Source of the DNA: Selaginella moellendorffii
Lineage: Eukaryota; Plantae; Lycopodiophyta
Length of the DNA stretch: 64,000 bases
NCBI RefSeq assembly: GCF_000143415.4
Contig: NW_003314265.1
Coordinates: 3,716,443-3,780,442, forward strand
Reading direction: 5' to 3'
The position numbers and the translations under genes are program-made. This document shows, one piece after another, positions 1 through 10,892 of this stretch. The first letter of the stretch is position 1. Each line of letters starts with the position of its first letter. The notes under the pieces were generated by a model. That model searched no databases, was not told the origin of the DNA, and worked only from the letters and a program-made list of their open reading frames with translations.

Positions 1-3000
1 TATTGAGTTTTTGCTGACCTCACATTAGATTAATCTACTCCTTTTTGGTGTCAGATTCTTTGTGAAAATATTTCCTGAGCGAGTGTAACCACTGAATTTC
101 CTCATCTGATGATGATGATGATGATGATATAAACATATTTATAATTTTTTATCTTTTTTAAAAAACCAAAGTCTTTTTTATTTTAAATGTAAATAGTTTA
201 GGTTATAAAGTTAAACTGTTTTCTGCCTTGATATCTAAGTATATTCTACGAGGGGTAGTGGATATACCTATAATATTCTTGGATATTCTAAGATTAGTAT
301 TCAATAAGATTAATCTTGTGTTTAAAAATTATGAACATATTTATAATTAAAAACTTCCATTTGATTAATTATATTAATAAATAGGAATAACACTACTATT
401 AAGCAAACCAAGTGTTGATGCACAGAAAATTATTAATTTAGTTTCAATTTTATATTTAGTCTTCAGTTATTACCACCTTTAAGTTTTAAAGTTAAAAATA
501 ATTAAAATATTTTCTAAAGAAATCATTGCTATTACCTATAATCTATTTTTTAAATAATAACCCACAAGCTTGATGGTGTTTAATTTTTTCTTTTTTTTAG
601 TTACTGTGCTTTTTGCCATGGTCTGGAAGACACGTGACAAGAGAAACAAGAAACACTCATACAGATTTAATTTGAAGGTCTAGGTAAATGTGCATCTCTT
701 TTTGCAAACTCTTATATTCAAAAAACAAGAGAACAAACCATCTTTATAGCCTACTCCTTGAAATCAATCTAGAGTGCCTCTTCTCGCTAATATGTCTTCC
801 TTGCTGATGTACATCTTTGAATTCATGAAATTTCTAGGCTGTAGCATACATGTCCTAAAATTTACAACACAAGTAATTAAACAAGCAAAAGTTCCACCCC
901 TAGCTTTAGATCAAGCTTACAAAAATGCAACACTTTACAAGCAATCAAACTTGCAAGAAGCTGCTATAGTGAGAAAGCAAGAGAGAACATTGCTCAACAT
1001 TTCTAACAAAGTTGATGAGGCTTAGGCTGCTGGGCAGTGCTTACCTTTCAATCTACAAATTAGTCTCAATCCTTTGAATAGAACCTTTCAAGAAATATAA
1101 TATAGATATTTTTTCCTAATACATATATACATACATACATATATTACTCCCATTACTTCATGCCAAGAGCACAGGCTTTTGGATCGAGCTGAGATGCATT
1201 GTGATGGAGGAAATGCTACTCTTCTCTTTTCACGATACTTTGAAGATCTATTTATTGTTTTTATTTCCTCATTCCCAATCTATTGTCATAGCCATTAATA
1301 AACTATAGTTTTATTTGCTTTCAAAGGTTTTTATTCAGCATCATTATTACATTAGACAACACAGATTTGACAACCTTCTGCAAAGATTTGTTAGCTCATA
1401 TTTTCAAGAAATTGGGGTGAAAATATTTTCCTCCGAAGATTCATAAAGATAAGTAGTTTCTTTGTGGTTGAGATCTAGAAACAAACCAAGAACAAAGATT
1501 TGTGATGGCCAAGTAGTGTCCACACTTTGGACTCACCCCTTCTGGAGCAAACTGACTTATTAGAATTAGAAGGAGTGAATCCTACTTTGTAATCATTGCC
1601 TCAACTAAATTAAACTCATAGACAAGAAGATGCTCAAAAGTAGGCTTGCCAAGTTCATTGTAGAGGTTGTTCATAAGTCTCTCATCAGGAGGGCATATAT
1701 AATTTTTTATGATCACAAACCAAACAATGTGTCATCAAGAAGAGTTGCAGTCTACCATTTAATTTATCTTACTTCTAACACAAGACAATAAGGTTGTTAA
1801 GAGTTCTCTCTTCATTGTTTTCTTAACTAAAGGCATAAGGAGCTCTATGATCTACTGAAGTTCCAAAAAGGCATACTAATTACATCAAGTAACCATTAAG
1901 TAGGCCTTTAGTGTTCTTGCTCATGGTGACCCCCCTTTTCTTGAGTTTAGAGAGGTTTGCAAGCATCATCAGATTGTGAGAATGAGTATGTACCATTATA
2001 ATTACTTTGCCTTTAAATTTTATTTGTATATTACTATGGATTTTGTGAATAAAACCAGGACCTTAAGTTTGGCTTCTTCCTCCACCTTACATTAATATAA
2101 ACAATTTCAAGATCAGCAAGGCACTGAAATCAGTAGCAAGGCTTGCTATTGTGTAACTACATATTCTTCTCCAAGAAGTTGTCTACACTTAGAGGGTAAT
2201 GTGTATAATTGTGTGTTCTTCTCTAAGAAGTTGTCCTAAGCCCAAAGGGCAATGCAACTTTTTTGGTGGCAAAGATCTATATATGCCACTAGACAACACA
2301 AAAACATGGATTGTGTTGTTTAGTGGCAATATAACCAATTGTGCTTTAGATTGATGGTTGTTTGACCACTTCTTGTTATAAAAAGTTTGCTTCCTTTATA
2401 TATAGTAAAGAATAAGGTATTAGTACTATTGGTATTTGAGAGTAGCTAAAGTATTATAAGGTATTATGTGAAGCATGGACAACTCTCAAAGTGGTGGAGT
2501 TATGAAATATGGTATTGTTTATTTTTCAAATTAACAATTTTTTCTATTTAAATATAATAAAATAAAGAGAATAACTTGAGAGAAGGAAATGACCCATAAA
2601 CAAAGAGTCCACCCACCAAGTCTTAGGATATTTAGGGTTAAATATCCTTGGATTTGAATAATACTAAGTTGAGTGACCTCCAAAAAGTTTAAATTCAAAA
2701 ATTTAGAATTGGCATCAGAAGAAAGAAAATTGTTTGTTGAATCTTTGTTAGATTGATGAACTTGGTCTTGTGTATCACATCCACAACTATATAAAATTAT
2801 CCATTACCTTCAATCTATCAAATTAATACAAGGATACAAGTTTAAAACTTGATATATCCGGTAATATTTATATTTAAACATTAGATATAAATATGGAGAA
2901 TTTAAACTTGATGTAAAATTATTAAAAAGTTATCTAATTCTTAAATTATTATAATACTAACTCTTAAAGTTACTCCAAATTTTATTTTATATTTAAATTT

Positions 3001-3737
3001 TAGACTATATATTAGAAACATTTCAAAGCAATAATGCTTCCCCTAGCAATGGTAGTGGGTTGTAATTCTCTCTCATGAGTGATCTTTTCTCTATGTGAAC
3101 ACTATGTGCCACCTTTTGGTGGTGGAAACCTGGTCCAAAACACATTCTCATCCTCCAAGTCTAAAATCCTCAACTGTTGCATAATGAGATATCACCATTG
3201 TGATCATAAACTTGTGGTGCAATAATTCTCTTACTTGCATAAAGTCTAAATGTGACAATATGTACTTGTACAAAACTTAACTCACTTTTCTCACTACTGA
3301 GAGTTCTTGCTACAGCAAATACATGGGCTAAACCCATGCAAGTCAATTGTCCTACTACTAGGTAAAGTAGCAACATCTTCCTAGTTTGGACTTTTCAACA
3401 TATCCTCAAAGTACCTATTCAGCGAGTAGATCGATAATACTGTTGTCCAAGCATTGCAGTTGCATCATTGCCTGCTGCAAATGCCCATTCCAGGCAAGCG
3501 CTACGAGCATGCCATTCCCTGAAACAACACTCAGATGCTGAATTCTGGCAAAGCACTGTCACGCATGTTGAATGCTGCCACTCTGTCCATACATCTTTGT
3601 TGGATTGTGGAACTATGGACACTAGAGAAATGTATATTCTACATTCAATTCATAAGAAGCACTCCATACTTCATAGAATATAACAAACCAGCTCCTCTTT
3701 ATTTACGTATATGAATCCATGTCAGAGGAACATAAGC

Positions 3738-4466
3738 TTACATGATTCCATAGCTAGACATTGGGTTGAAGCCCACAGGCACAACAGCAGCACTGAAGAT
3801 CTGAACCTCCTTGAGTTCACCATGAAAGTAGCGTTTGTTGTCACGGGGGTCATAACCAATGAAGACAGGTAGGCTGGAATTGAGGTTGACTATCTTGGAG
3901 CCGTTCTGTGACTTATCAAGTTTAGAATCAACGTAGATAGACCCAACAGTGCCATTTCGGACTGCAGCAACATGGTGCCAAGTTCCATCAGTGACTGGCA
4001 CTGTTCCCTTAATGTTGAACTGGTACTCACGATTGTACACCGTAAACCATAGATTGCCATTGAGGATCCATAGCCACCACTCACCATAGATATCAGAGCG
4101 TTGCTGGATGATGCACAGTTGCTGCTTGATGTGGGGTGGGACCTTCACCCAAGCATGAACAGCAAAATCAGTCTGCCCAGAGAGAGAGGGCGTGGTGCCC
4201 ATGAAAATGTATGTTGCACCATCAAACACAATACCATCAGTTGTGTGAGCAAGTTGGGACTCGGCCTGCTTCACAAGCCCAGTTGCCTTGTTCCCAGACG
4301 AGTCTGCGACCAGGTAGCCTATCTTCTCATCCAGCTTCCACCATGCAAACAGTGACTTAGAGATGCTCACAGCCTCATCTGATGTCGAAGAAATGGAATT
4401 CGAAGCATCCACCACAGTGGCCAGAAGAACAGCAAGAGCAAAGTAGAAAGAGAGACGGGAAGCCAT
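3738..4466 (-). CDS. Secreted LamG-like jellyroll (concanavalin A-like lectin/glucanase, Laminin_G_3-type) protein, intronless
   Basis: 242-aa ATG ORF with N-terminal signal peptide (FYFALAVLLATVVDA). Motifs AWWKLDE..G..VADSSGN, FAVHAWVK, DGTWHHVAAV, IYVD and FIG..YFHGELKEVQIF are typical of LamG_3 domains. Confidence 0.8.
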   Translation of the reverse strand: MASRLSFYFALAVLLATVVDASNSISSTSDEAVSISKSLFAWWKLDEKIGYLVADSSGNKATGLVKQAESQLAHTTDGIVFDGATYIFMGTTPSLSGQTDFAVHAWVKVPPHIKQQLCIIQQRSDIYGEWWLWILNGNLWFTVYNREYQFNIKGTVPVTDGTWHHVAAVRNGTVGSIYVDSKLDKSQNGSKIVNLNSSLPVFIGYDPRDNKRYFHGELKEVQIFSAAVVPVGFNPMSSYGIM

Positions 4467-6710
4467 TGTGTTATGATTTTCACTTGGTGTTGCATTCTTA
4501 TATATCCTTCTTACAGAGAACTCCAGAATGCCTTAATACATTAATTAACAAGGAAAATCTGAAAATTTAGAACAAACAACAGTTCGTACATAGACCCTTG
4601 TGGAAGGTATAACAACCTATGGTACATATTATTGAATGTCTCAAGACTTTAGGAATTGCCTCAATTAACACGAGACAATATCTAGCCGGACCTCTAGAAA
4701 TATTCCACGTGGCAGCTGTGCCTTATCCATGCCACCTGGATGGCCAGGTCAATGCCTATGTGGCAGGCAGGTTGGCTCTGAGCTGCAGGAGATGCACGTT
4801 TTGTATTGTGGCTGGCAGGTCAGACTCAGTGTTCCTCCTTATCCTTCATCTAGAAGTCTACCGTGGCATTCCTGCATGGGGGACGTCGCAGCCTGAAAGA
4901 GAGAAAAACATTAAGAGATGAACCTCATGTGTAAGATGCTTGGTGGCCTTTCCATGAGTATTTTTCATTTTCTTTTTATGCCACTGACCTTAAGTTGAAA
5001 ACAAAAGAAGAGAGAAAAACTACTAACTTGATAAACAAAGTACCTATTCAAAGTAAGCACCCTAATGACTTTTATTACATCAGTCTGCATACTAACTATA
5101 ATGCAATGGAAAATAGTACCTTAAAAGTTAAAAGCCTTCTTTGTTATTGTGATTAACATGTTCAAACAATAGTATCCTTACAATCTTTACTTAGTATTAG
5201 TTTGCAAAAAGCAATGGACTTGAATCAGTAGGGATGTATACCATTTTTGCTATTTTTTAGTATTTCCCATTATAGGATGTTTATGCTCTTGAAGTTGAAC
5301 TCTCTAAGCTATTTCATTATATCACAAAATAAAATTGATAAATCATATTATCTTCTCACACCCATGAAGTTATCTCCTTGACCAAAAGCTAGTGAAGAAT
5401 AGGCTTTGCTGCCCATCACCATTATACATGTAGTTATTTCCTCCTACATCAATTGAGGGTGTAATCACCAAAATTCTCATTGCCTTAAGTACTATGATTA
5501 AATGAATAAGTGCACTAATTGTAAATGCAGTAATGATATGCATCGTGGTATATTAGGAAGAAAAGGAAAAAAAATCAAACTTATATCTTGCATGGAAATC
5601 CTCACTCAATATAAAATGACAACCTGCACTTCATGTGAAATGTTGTAACTGAGATTTTTCTTTATTTCAGAGCACTCAAAAACAGATGAAAACCACACTG
5701 CCCCTTCAACTAGAATTATTGATAATTTTAAAAGACACTTTGCTACCTAGGACTTGAAAAAGGAATGATTAAATAAAATCCCCCACATGCTTGCTATTTC
5801 TGTAGCCTTCACCATGTGCCTCTATGCTAAATGCTTATTCTTTTTTGATTTGTTTGCACAAAAGCATTGGTTGATTACTCACATTTGAGCAGAACTTAAT
5901 ATATCACACACTTTAATTAAAAAACTGCTACCTAATAAAAAAAATTTACACAAAAAAGTGAGATGGCAACACACCACGCCTTGTTCTGAAGAGCACTCAC
6001 TGACCAGGATATCACCCTGGTAAAAAGCATGTTCCCTGTTCCCGAGGAACTAACAAGGTGCGGCACTGGGAAAGAATACACCAACTATGCTGGCCACCGA
6101 GTGCAAGCCAAGATGTACCCGCGTGAGCAAGAGGTTGAACCCTCATGGTTGTGCATCCGGATCTCCAATATCACGTAAGTATGGCCGTGAAACCTGTTGC
6201 CTTCCAGGGCTTCCTCACTGCTTGCTGTATCCGCTCCCGATCCTGCATCGAGTTGGCAATCTCGTGTTGAGTTGGCAATGCTCATCCTCGTGTATTTTCT
6301 GGGGGGCCTTGTTGGTTAAAATCTCTTTCAATTGTTAACACTTTGAAAGCAATCAAACCTGCAAGATTATAGTGATTAGAAAACAGGAGACTCAAAGTTT
6401 CTAACAAAGTTGATGAGCCAACTATGGGAAGTTCTGAGCAACTGAAGTATTTTCAACATGATGCTTTGAATAACATAACCATGTACATGGCATTTCATGG
6501 CAGAAAGCTCCGTGTTGGCATTTTGCACTCACGTTTGCAAAAGTTTTAAAACTCCATCATGGCAAAGGAGCCAGGAGCTTCTTTTGTCCAAATATGAGAG
6601 CTCACTTGGTGCATTACTGATGTCAGTCCTTGTCTCCTTGATCGTCCATGGATTCTTGTGCTTGCTTAATACCTTGAAGCGGCAGCCGAGACTCCATTGT
6701 CATCTAAATG

Positions 6711-8528
6711 TTACTGTGATTGGAGAGAAGTGGCAGCCACCGCGTAGATGTTCCTCAGAGAAATCCGTGCCGCGCCTGCCTCCGATGCGTTCTCCGACAC
6801 TCTCCTTGCCGCGATCTCGCCGAGCTTGACGTCGCGGTGGATGGTACACGAGCTGAGCAGGCTTGCCCACTGCGACTGGCTCGGCAAATCGGGCATCTGC
6901 TCAATCAGATCCTGCGTCTCGCGGAGCCGCCCCGATCGCCCCAGCGTGTCCACCACGCACGAGAAGTGCTCCGGGGCCGGATCCAGGCCGTGATCCCGGA
7001 TCAACCCAAATATTTCTAGCGCCTCGCCCAGCGACCCCGAGCTTGTGCAAGCGCCAAGAACAGCCAAGAACGTGACCCTGTCCGGCCGCGATCCGTCCAG
7101 CGCCATGCTCCGGAGCGCATCGATCGCGCCGCGGCGGCCATCGCTGGAGCTAGAGTAGCCCGAGATTATCCCGTTCCAAGACAGGGAATCCCTCCCCGGC
7201 ATCGATCCGAAGACAGCCCGCGCCTCGCCGCACCGGCCAACCTGCGCCAGCGCCGCGATCATCGCGTTCCAGGAGACGCTGCTCCGCGCGGGCATCCGAT
7301 CGAAGACCGACCGCGCGTCGTCGGCCCTGGCGTTCTGTCCGTACCCCCCAATCAGTGTGTTCCAGGAGACAATGTCCCGGGCGGGCATGGTACGGAAGAG
7401 GATCTCCGCGCTGTCCACACGCCCGTTCTGGGAATATGCCGCCATCAGCTTCGTCCCGGCCACCGTGTCCCGCTCGGGCATGGAATCGAACACCGCCCCA
7501 GCCTCGTTCAAATCTCCCGCGCGGGCATATCCCGACATCACGGTGGTATATGCCACCACGTCCCGCCGCGGCATCCTGTCGAATATCCCCCGCGCGTCGT
7601 GGAGGCGATCATCCGCCTGGACGAGCCCTAGCAGGAGCGAGTTCCAGGTCGCCAGGTTCCTCTCCTCCGCCATGGCGTCGAAGCACGCCCTCGCGTCGCC
7701 GGCCCGCCCGGCCATGGCGAATGCGGCGATGAGCGCGTTCCACGACACCGTCGTCCTCTCGGGCATGGATTCGAAGAGGGACTGCGCGAGATCGGCGCAG
7801 CCGGCGTCTGAGAGCGCAGTGATCATACAGTTGCAGGATCGCGCGCTCCACAGCGGCATGGCGTCGAAAATCGCCTTGGATCGCTCGAGGTCGTCGCCGC
7901 GGCATTGGGTGGCGAGCATCGCGTTCCACGAGATGGCGTTCCTCTCCGGCATGGCGTCGAAGACGCGCCCGGCCTCGTCGATCCGGCCGGAGAGGGCGTA
8001 GGCCTGGAGCAGCGTGGTCCACGACACGACGCTGTGCTCGCCCATCCTCGCGAACACCTCCACCGCCCGCTGCAAATGCCCGTTCGAGGCATATGCCGCG
8101 AGGAGCGCGTTCCAGGCGACGAAGTCCGGGCCGGGCAGGCGATCGAAGACCGCCTGCGCGTCGCCGACTCGCCCGAGCTGCGCGTACATGGCGATCATGC
8201 TCGTGCAGCACACCGAGTTGGGCGACGCGACGCGATCGAAGATCTCGCGCGCGCGGTCGTGGTGCCCGTTGTGGGCATACGCCTGGAGGAGGATGTTCCA
8301 GGAGAAGCGATTGGGCTGCGCGATGGCGTCGAACGCCGACTGGGCCTCCTCCACGCTCCCGCATTTGCCATACATCTGGACGAGGAGATTGGCGAGGTAG
8401 ACGCTGCCCCTGTCCTCGTCGCTGGCGAGGATCCGCGAGTGGATCTCTCTCCCCCTGGCCAGATCCCGGGCGCTGGAACACGATCGCAGGGTGGAGGCCA
8501 GCCAATCCACCCTGCTCTTCCGGCTCAT
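6711..8528 (-). CDS. Pentatricopeptide repeat protein (PLS-class, ending in E-like domain, no DYW)
   Basis: 605-aa intronless ORF with tandem ~31-aa repeats (VSWNxLIxAYAxxG..ARxVFDxMPxR) and a C-terminal PDRVTFLAVL..HFSCVVDTLGRSGRL..WASLLSSC segment. Confidence 0.95.
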   Translation of the reverse strand: MSRKSRVDWLASTLRSCSSARDLARGREIHSRILASDEDRGSVYLANLLVQMYGKCGSVEEAQSAFDAIAQPNRFSWNILLQAYAHNGHHDRAREIFDRVASPNSVCCTSMIAMYAQLGRVGDAQAVFDRLPGPDFVAWNALLAAYASNGHLQRAVEVFARMGEHSVVSWTTLLQAYALSGRIDEAGRVFDAMPERNAISWNAMLATQCRGDDLERSKAIFDAMPLWSARSCNCMITALSDAGCADLAQSLFESMPERTTVSWNALIAAFAMAGRAGDARACFDAMAEERNLATWNSLLLGLVQADDRLHDARGIFDRMPRRDVVAYTTVMSGYARAGDLNEAGAVFDSMPERDTVAGTKLMAAYSQNGRVDSAEILFRTMPARDIVSWNTLIGGYGQNARADDARSVFDRMPARSSVSWNAMIAALAQVGRCGEARAVFGSMPGRDSLSWNGIISGYSSSSDGRRGAIDALRSMALDGSRPDRVTFLAVLGACTSSGSLGEALEIFGLIRDHGLDPAPEHFSCVVDTLGRSGRLRETQDLIEQMPDLPSQSQWASLLSSCTIHRDVKLGEIAARRVSENASEAGAARISLRNIYAVAATSLQSQ

Positions 8529-8633
8529 GTGATAGAACGCGTACGGTTGATCCTACGCGGTACGGACGTTAACTGTCAGTGGCATATTCCGCGTTCTAAA
8601 TTTGGACACTCTTTGATCCTAGGGCAAGTCATT

Positions 8634-9096
8634 ATGGAAGAGGAAGCGGCGGCCCTGGCGGAGCACATTCTCCGGATGCGAGGAACTTGGATCTCGCCGG
8701 CGAAACGCGAGAAGGTGGTGGCGGCCAAGGGCCTCCCCGAGGGATGGTCCGTGGTGGCAGGGCTGCGCAAGGATCAGGGGCGCTACTTCTTGGCATTCCG
8801 CGACTTTCGAAGGTAGGAAGTGTTTGCTCGATCGCTTCCATCGCTTGTAAGTAAACTAGCTTCTCCTCTACAGCCCGGATGGCACGTCGTGGCCCACTTT
8901 CGGGGCGGCTTCGAAGTATGTGATGGCCAACTTGGAGCTGGGAGAGAAGATCCGGGAGCTCAAGAGCTTGGAGGCCGTGGAAGGTGGTGGCGCGTTCGAA
9001 TGCGTGACGTGCAGGAAGAAGTTCATGGAGAGCAGGCAGTGCATTGGACACATGAGTTGGCATTCCAAGAAACGAAAGCGCAATTGCCTGGATTAG
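8634..9096 (+). CDS. Small MBD-like domain plus C2H2 zinc-finger protein; exons 8634-8812 and 8874-9096
   Basis: A GT..AG intron (8813-8873) joins LPEGWSVVAGLRKDQGRYFLAFRDFR to SPDGTSWPTFGAASKYV (MBD-like LPxGW..SPDG..). This is followed by FECVTCRKKFMESRQCIGHMSWH (C2H2), a basic KKRKR tail and TAG at 9094-9096. Confidence 0.7.
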
Positions 9097-9130
9097 TTTA
9101 TGCCGGGTCATTCTTTTTAAGGGCGGCTGC

Positions 9131-9354
9131 GAGCTGGTTTTTCATCCGGAGGGCTTGGAGACGGAGGTGACATGGGAGGATCAGCAGACTTAAAACCAAG
9201 TTCCACGAGCTCAAGGCAAAAGGAATCTCTAGGACGCGAGCAACGGGTGCTGAGCGATGAGGACTGGTTTACATTAGAGTTCCCTCAATTTTGACACTAG
9301 CTGTGAAGAAAACGAAAATTATTAGATCAAGCTGTGTAGGCGGATCCATCATTG
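9131..9354 (+). pseudogene. Deletion-eroded duplicate of the prefoldin-4 locus
   Basis: Collinear blocks match 10331-10920: GGAGACGGAGGTGACATGGGAGGATCAGCAGA, CCAAGTTCCACGA, GGTGCTGAGCGA, AGAGTTCCC, TTATTAGATCAAGC, GGATCCATCAT. Confidence 0.8.
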
Positions 9355-9572
9355 TGATATACACAAATTCACTGTTTTTAAATTTTAATTTAATCATATA
9401 AACCTAAAGATAACTCAAAAATGATCTGAAGAAACTACAAACATACTTTAATTAGACAAAAATAATAAATATTCATATTTGAAAATATTTTTGTCTACTT
9501 AAAGTATCTTTGTAAATTGATGCAAATATATTTAGAGATTTAGTTTGTTAATAATAGTTTATGTATATTGTC

Positions 9573-9608
9573 ATATATATATATCTGTGTGTGTGTGTGT
9601 GTGTGTGT
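9573..9608. repeat. Compound (AT)n-(TG)n microsatellite
   Basis: atatatatatat c tgtgtg... seen directly. Confidence 0.9.
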
Positions 9609-10300
9609 TAGTTTGCAATACGCCATATTTACAATTGCAATAGTTCACATTTTATTCACAATTAATATAAATATAGTTTACGCAAATAGAATCATGTAGA
9701 ACCATTTTTAATGTGTATATCACAATAAACATAGTTCACAAATATGCAATAAATGTAATATATTGTAAAACATAATGTAAATCTATGCATATTATTAATA
9801 TTGCCATCTCTGTAAATTGATATAAAAATTTATTTATGTTTTATTTATGATAAAAGAATTCATTAAACCTACTATTAACATATTTAGGTGTATTTTTAGT
9901 TTCTCCAAAAGGTAAAAATATTTTTATATTTAAGCTTGAAATGCAAAAATATTTATTATATAATAACAACTATGAACACTGTCTAGTTAATTTAATAAAC
10001 AATGGTAATTTGATAATATATAATTGTGAACTTGGACAATGAATTTAAAGGAATATAAATAAGTTTTGTAAGGATTGTTATCAATTAATATTGCTTATTA
10101 TTCAAATCGATTGTAATTTATTTATTTATGAATCAAAGTAGCCTGGTGGTCAAAAAATATTTATAATTATTATAATTTTCCAAAAAGGCTAAAAAGATAT
10201 TTACATAATTAATCATTTGTATTTTGTAACTTATTAAATTATATATGTAATCATAATATAATTTATGCCCTAAAAAGAATACCCATTTAGGGCAAAAGCG

Positions 10301-10793
10301 ATGCAGCAGGCAAGTAGCGCTGTGGCTCGAGCGCTGGTTTCATCCTTTCTCTGGCGTGGCAGGGGGAGGGCGTGGAGACGGAGGTGACATGGGAGGATCA
10401 GCAGAACATCAACGCGTTTGGGCGACTCAACGCCAAGTTCCACGACCTCGAGGACGAGATCAAGGCGAAAAAGGCACGTAACTCTTGCTTGCTCTCGTCG
10501 CGGTTTTGAGAGAATGTTGGTTGCGCAACCAGGAGCTGGCGGAGAATCTCGAGGACGCCAGCAACGAGCTGGTGCTGAGCGACGAGGAGGTTGTGCGCTA
10601 CCAGATTGGCGAGGTGTTTGGGCACCTGAGCAAGGAGGAGATTGAGAGCAAGCTCGAGTGCCTCAAGGAGGAGAGCGATCGAGAGCTGGGGAGGCTGGCG
10701 GAGGAGAAGGACGAGGTTGTGTCCAAGATGAACGAGCTCAAGCGGGTGCTCTACGCCAAGTTCAAGGACTCCATAAACCTCGAGGAAGAATGA
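10301..10793 (+). CDS. PFD4: Prefoldin subunit 4; exons 10301-10309, 10363-10473, 10533-10793
   Basis: Spliced product MQQ|[37 protein letters not shown]|[29 protein letters not shown]...[14 protein letters not shown] matches plant PFD4 as I know it. Both introns need GC donors. Confidence 0.92.
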
Positions 10794-10892
10794 GAGTTCC
10801 CAGATTCTAGCTCTAGCTTGACACTTATTATCTGTGAGAGAAACGAGAGGGAAACGATTTATTAGATCAAGCCGTGTGTGTAAACATACCCA

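Noticed and set aside
1-3700. AT-rich region with short ORFs (774-1025, 3170-3683)
   Set aside because: No motifs or consistent exon structure; probably decayed repeat or intergenic DNA that I cannot classify.
6018-6318. Possible two-exon fragment with a GTAAGT..CCAG intron and a hydrophobic C-terminus
   Set aside because: No recognisable domain or secure start; too weak to call.
6720-8816. Many alternative-frame and antisense ORFs over the PPR gene (likewise over the AVT1-like and MFS genes)
   Set aside because: Shadow ORFs expected from high-GC coding sequence.
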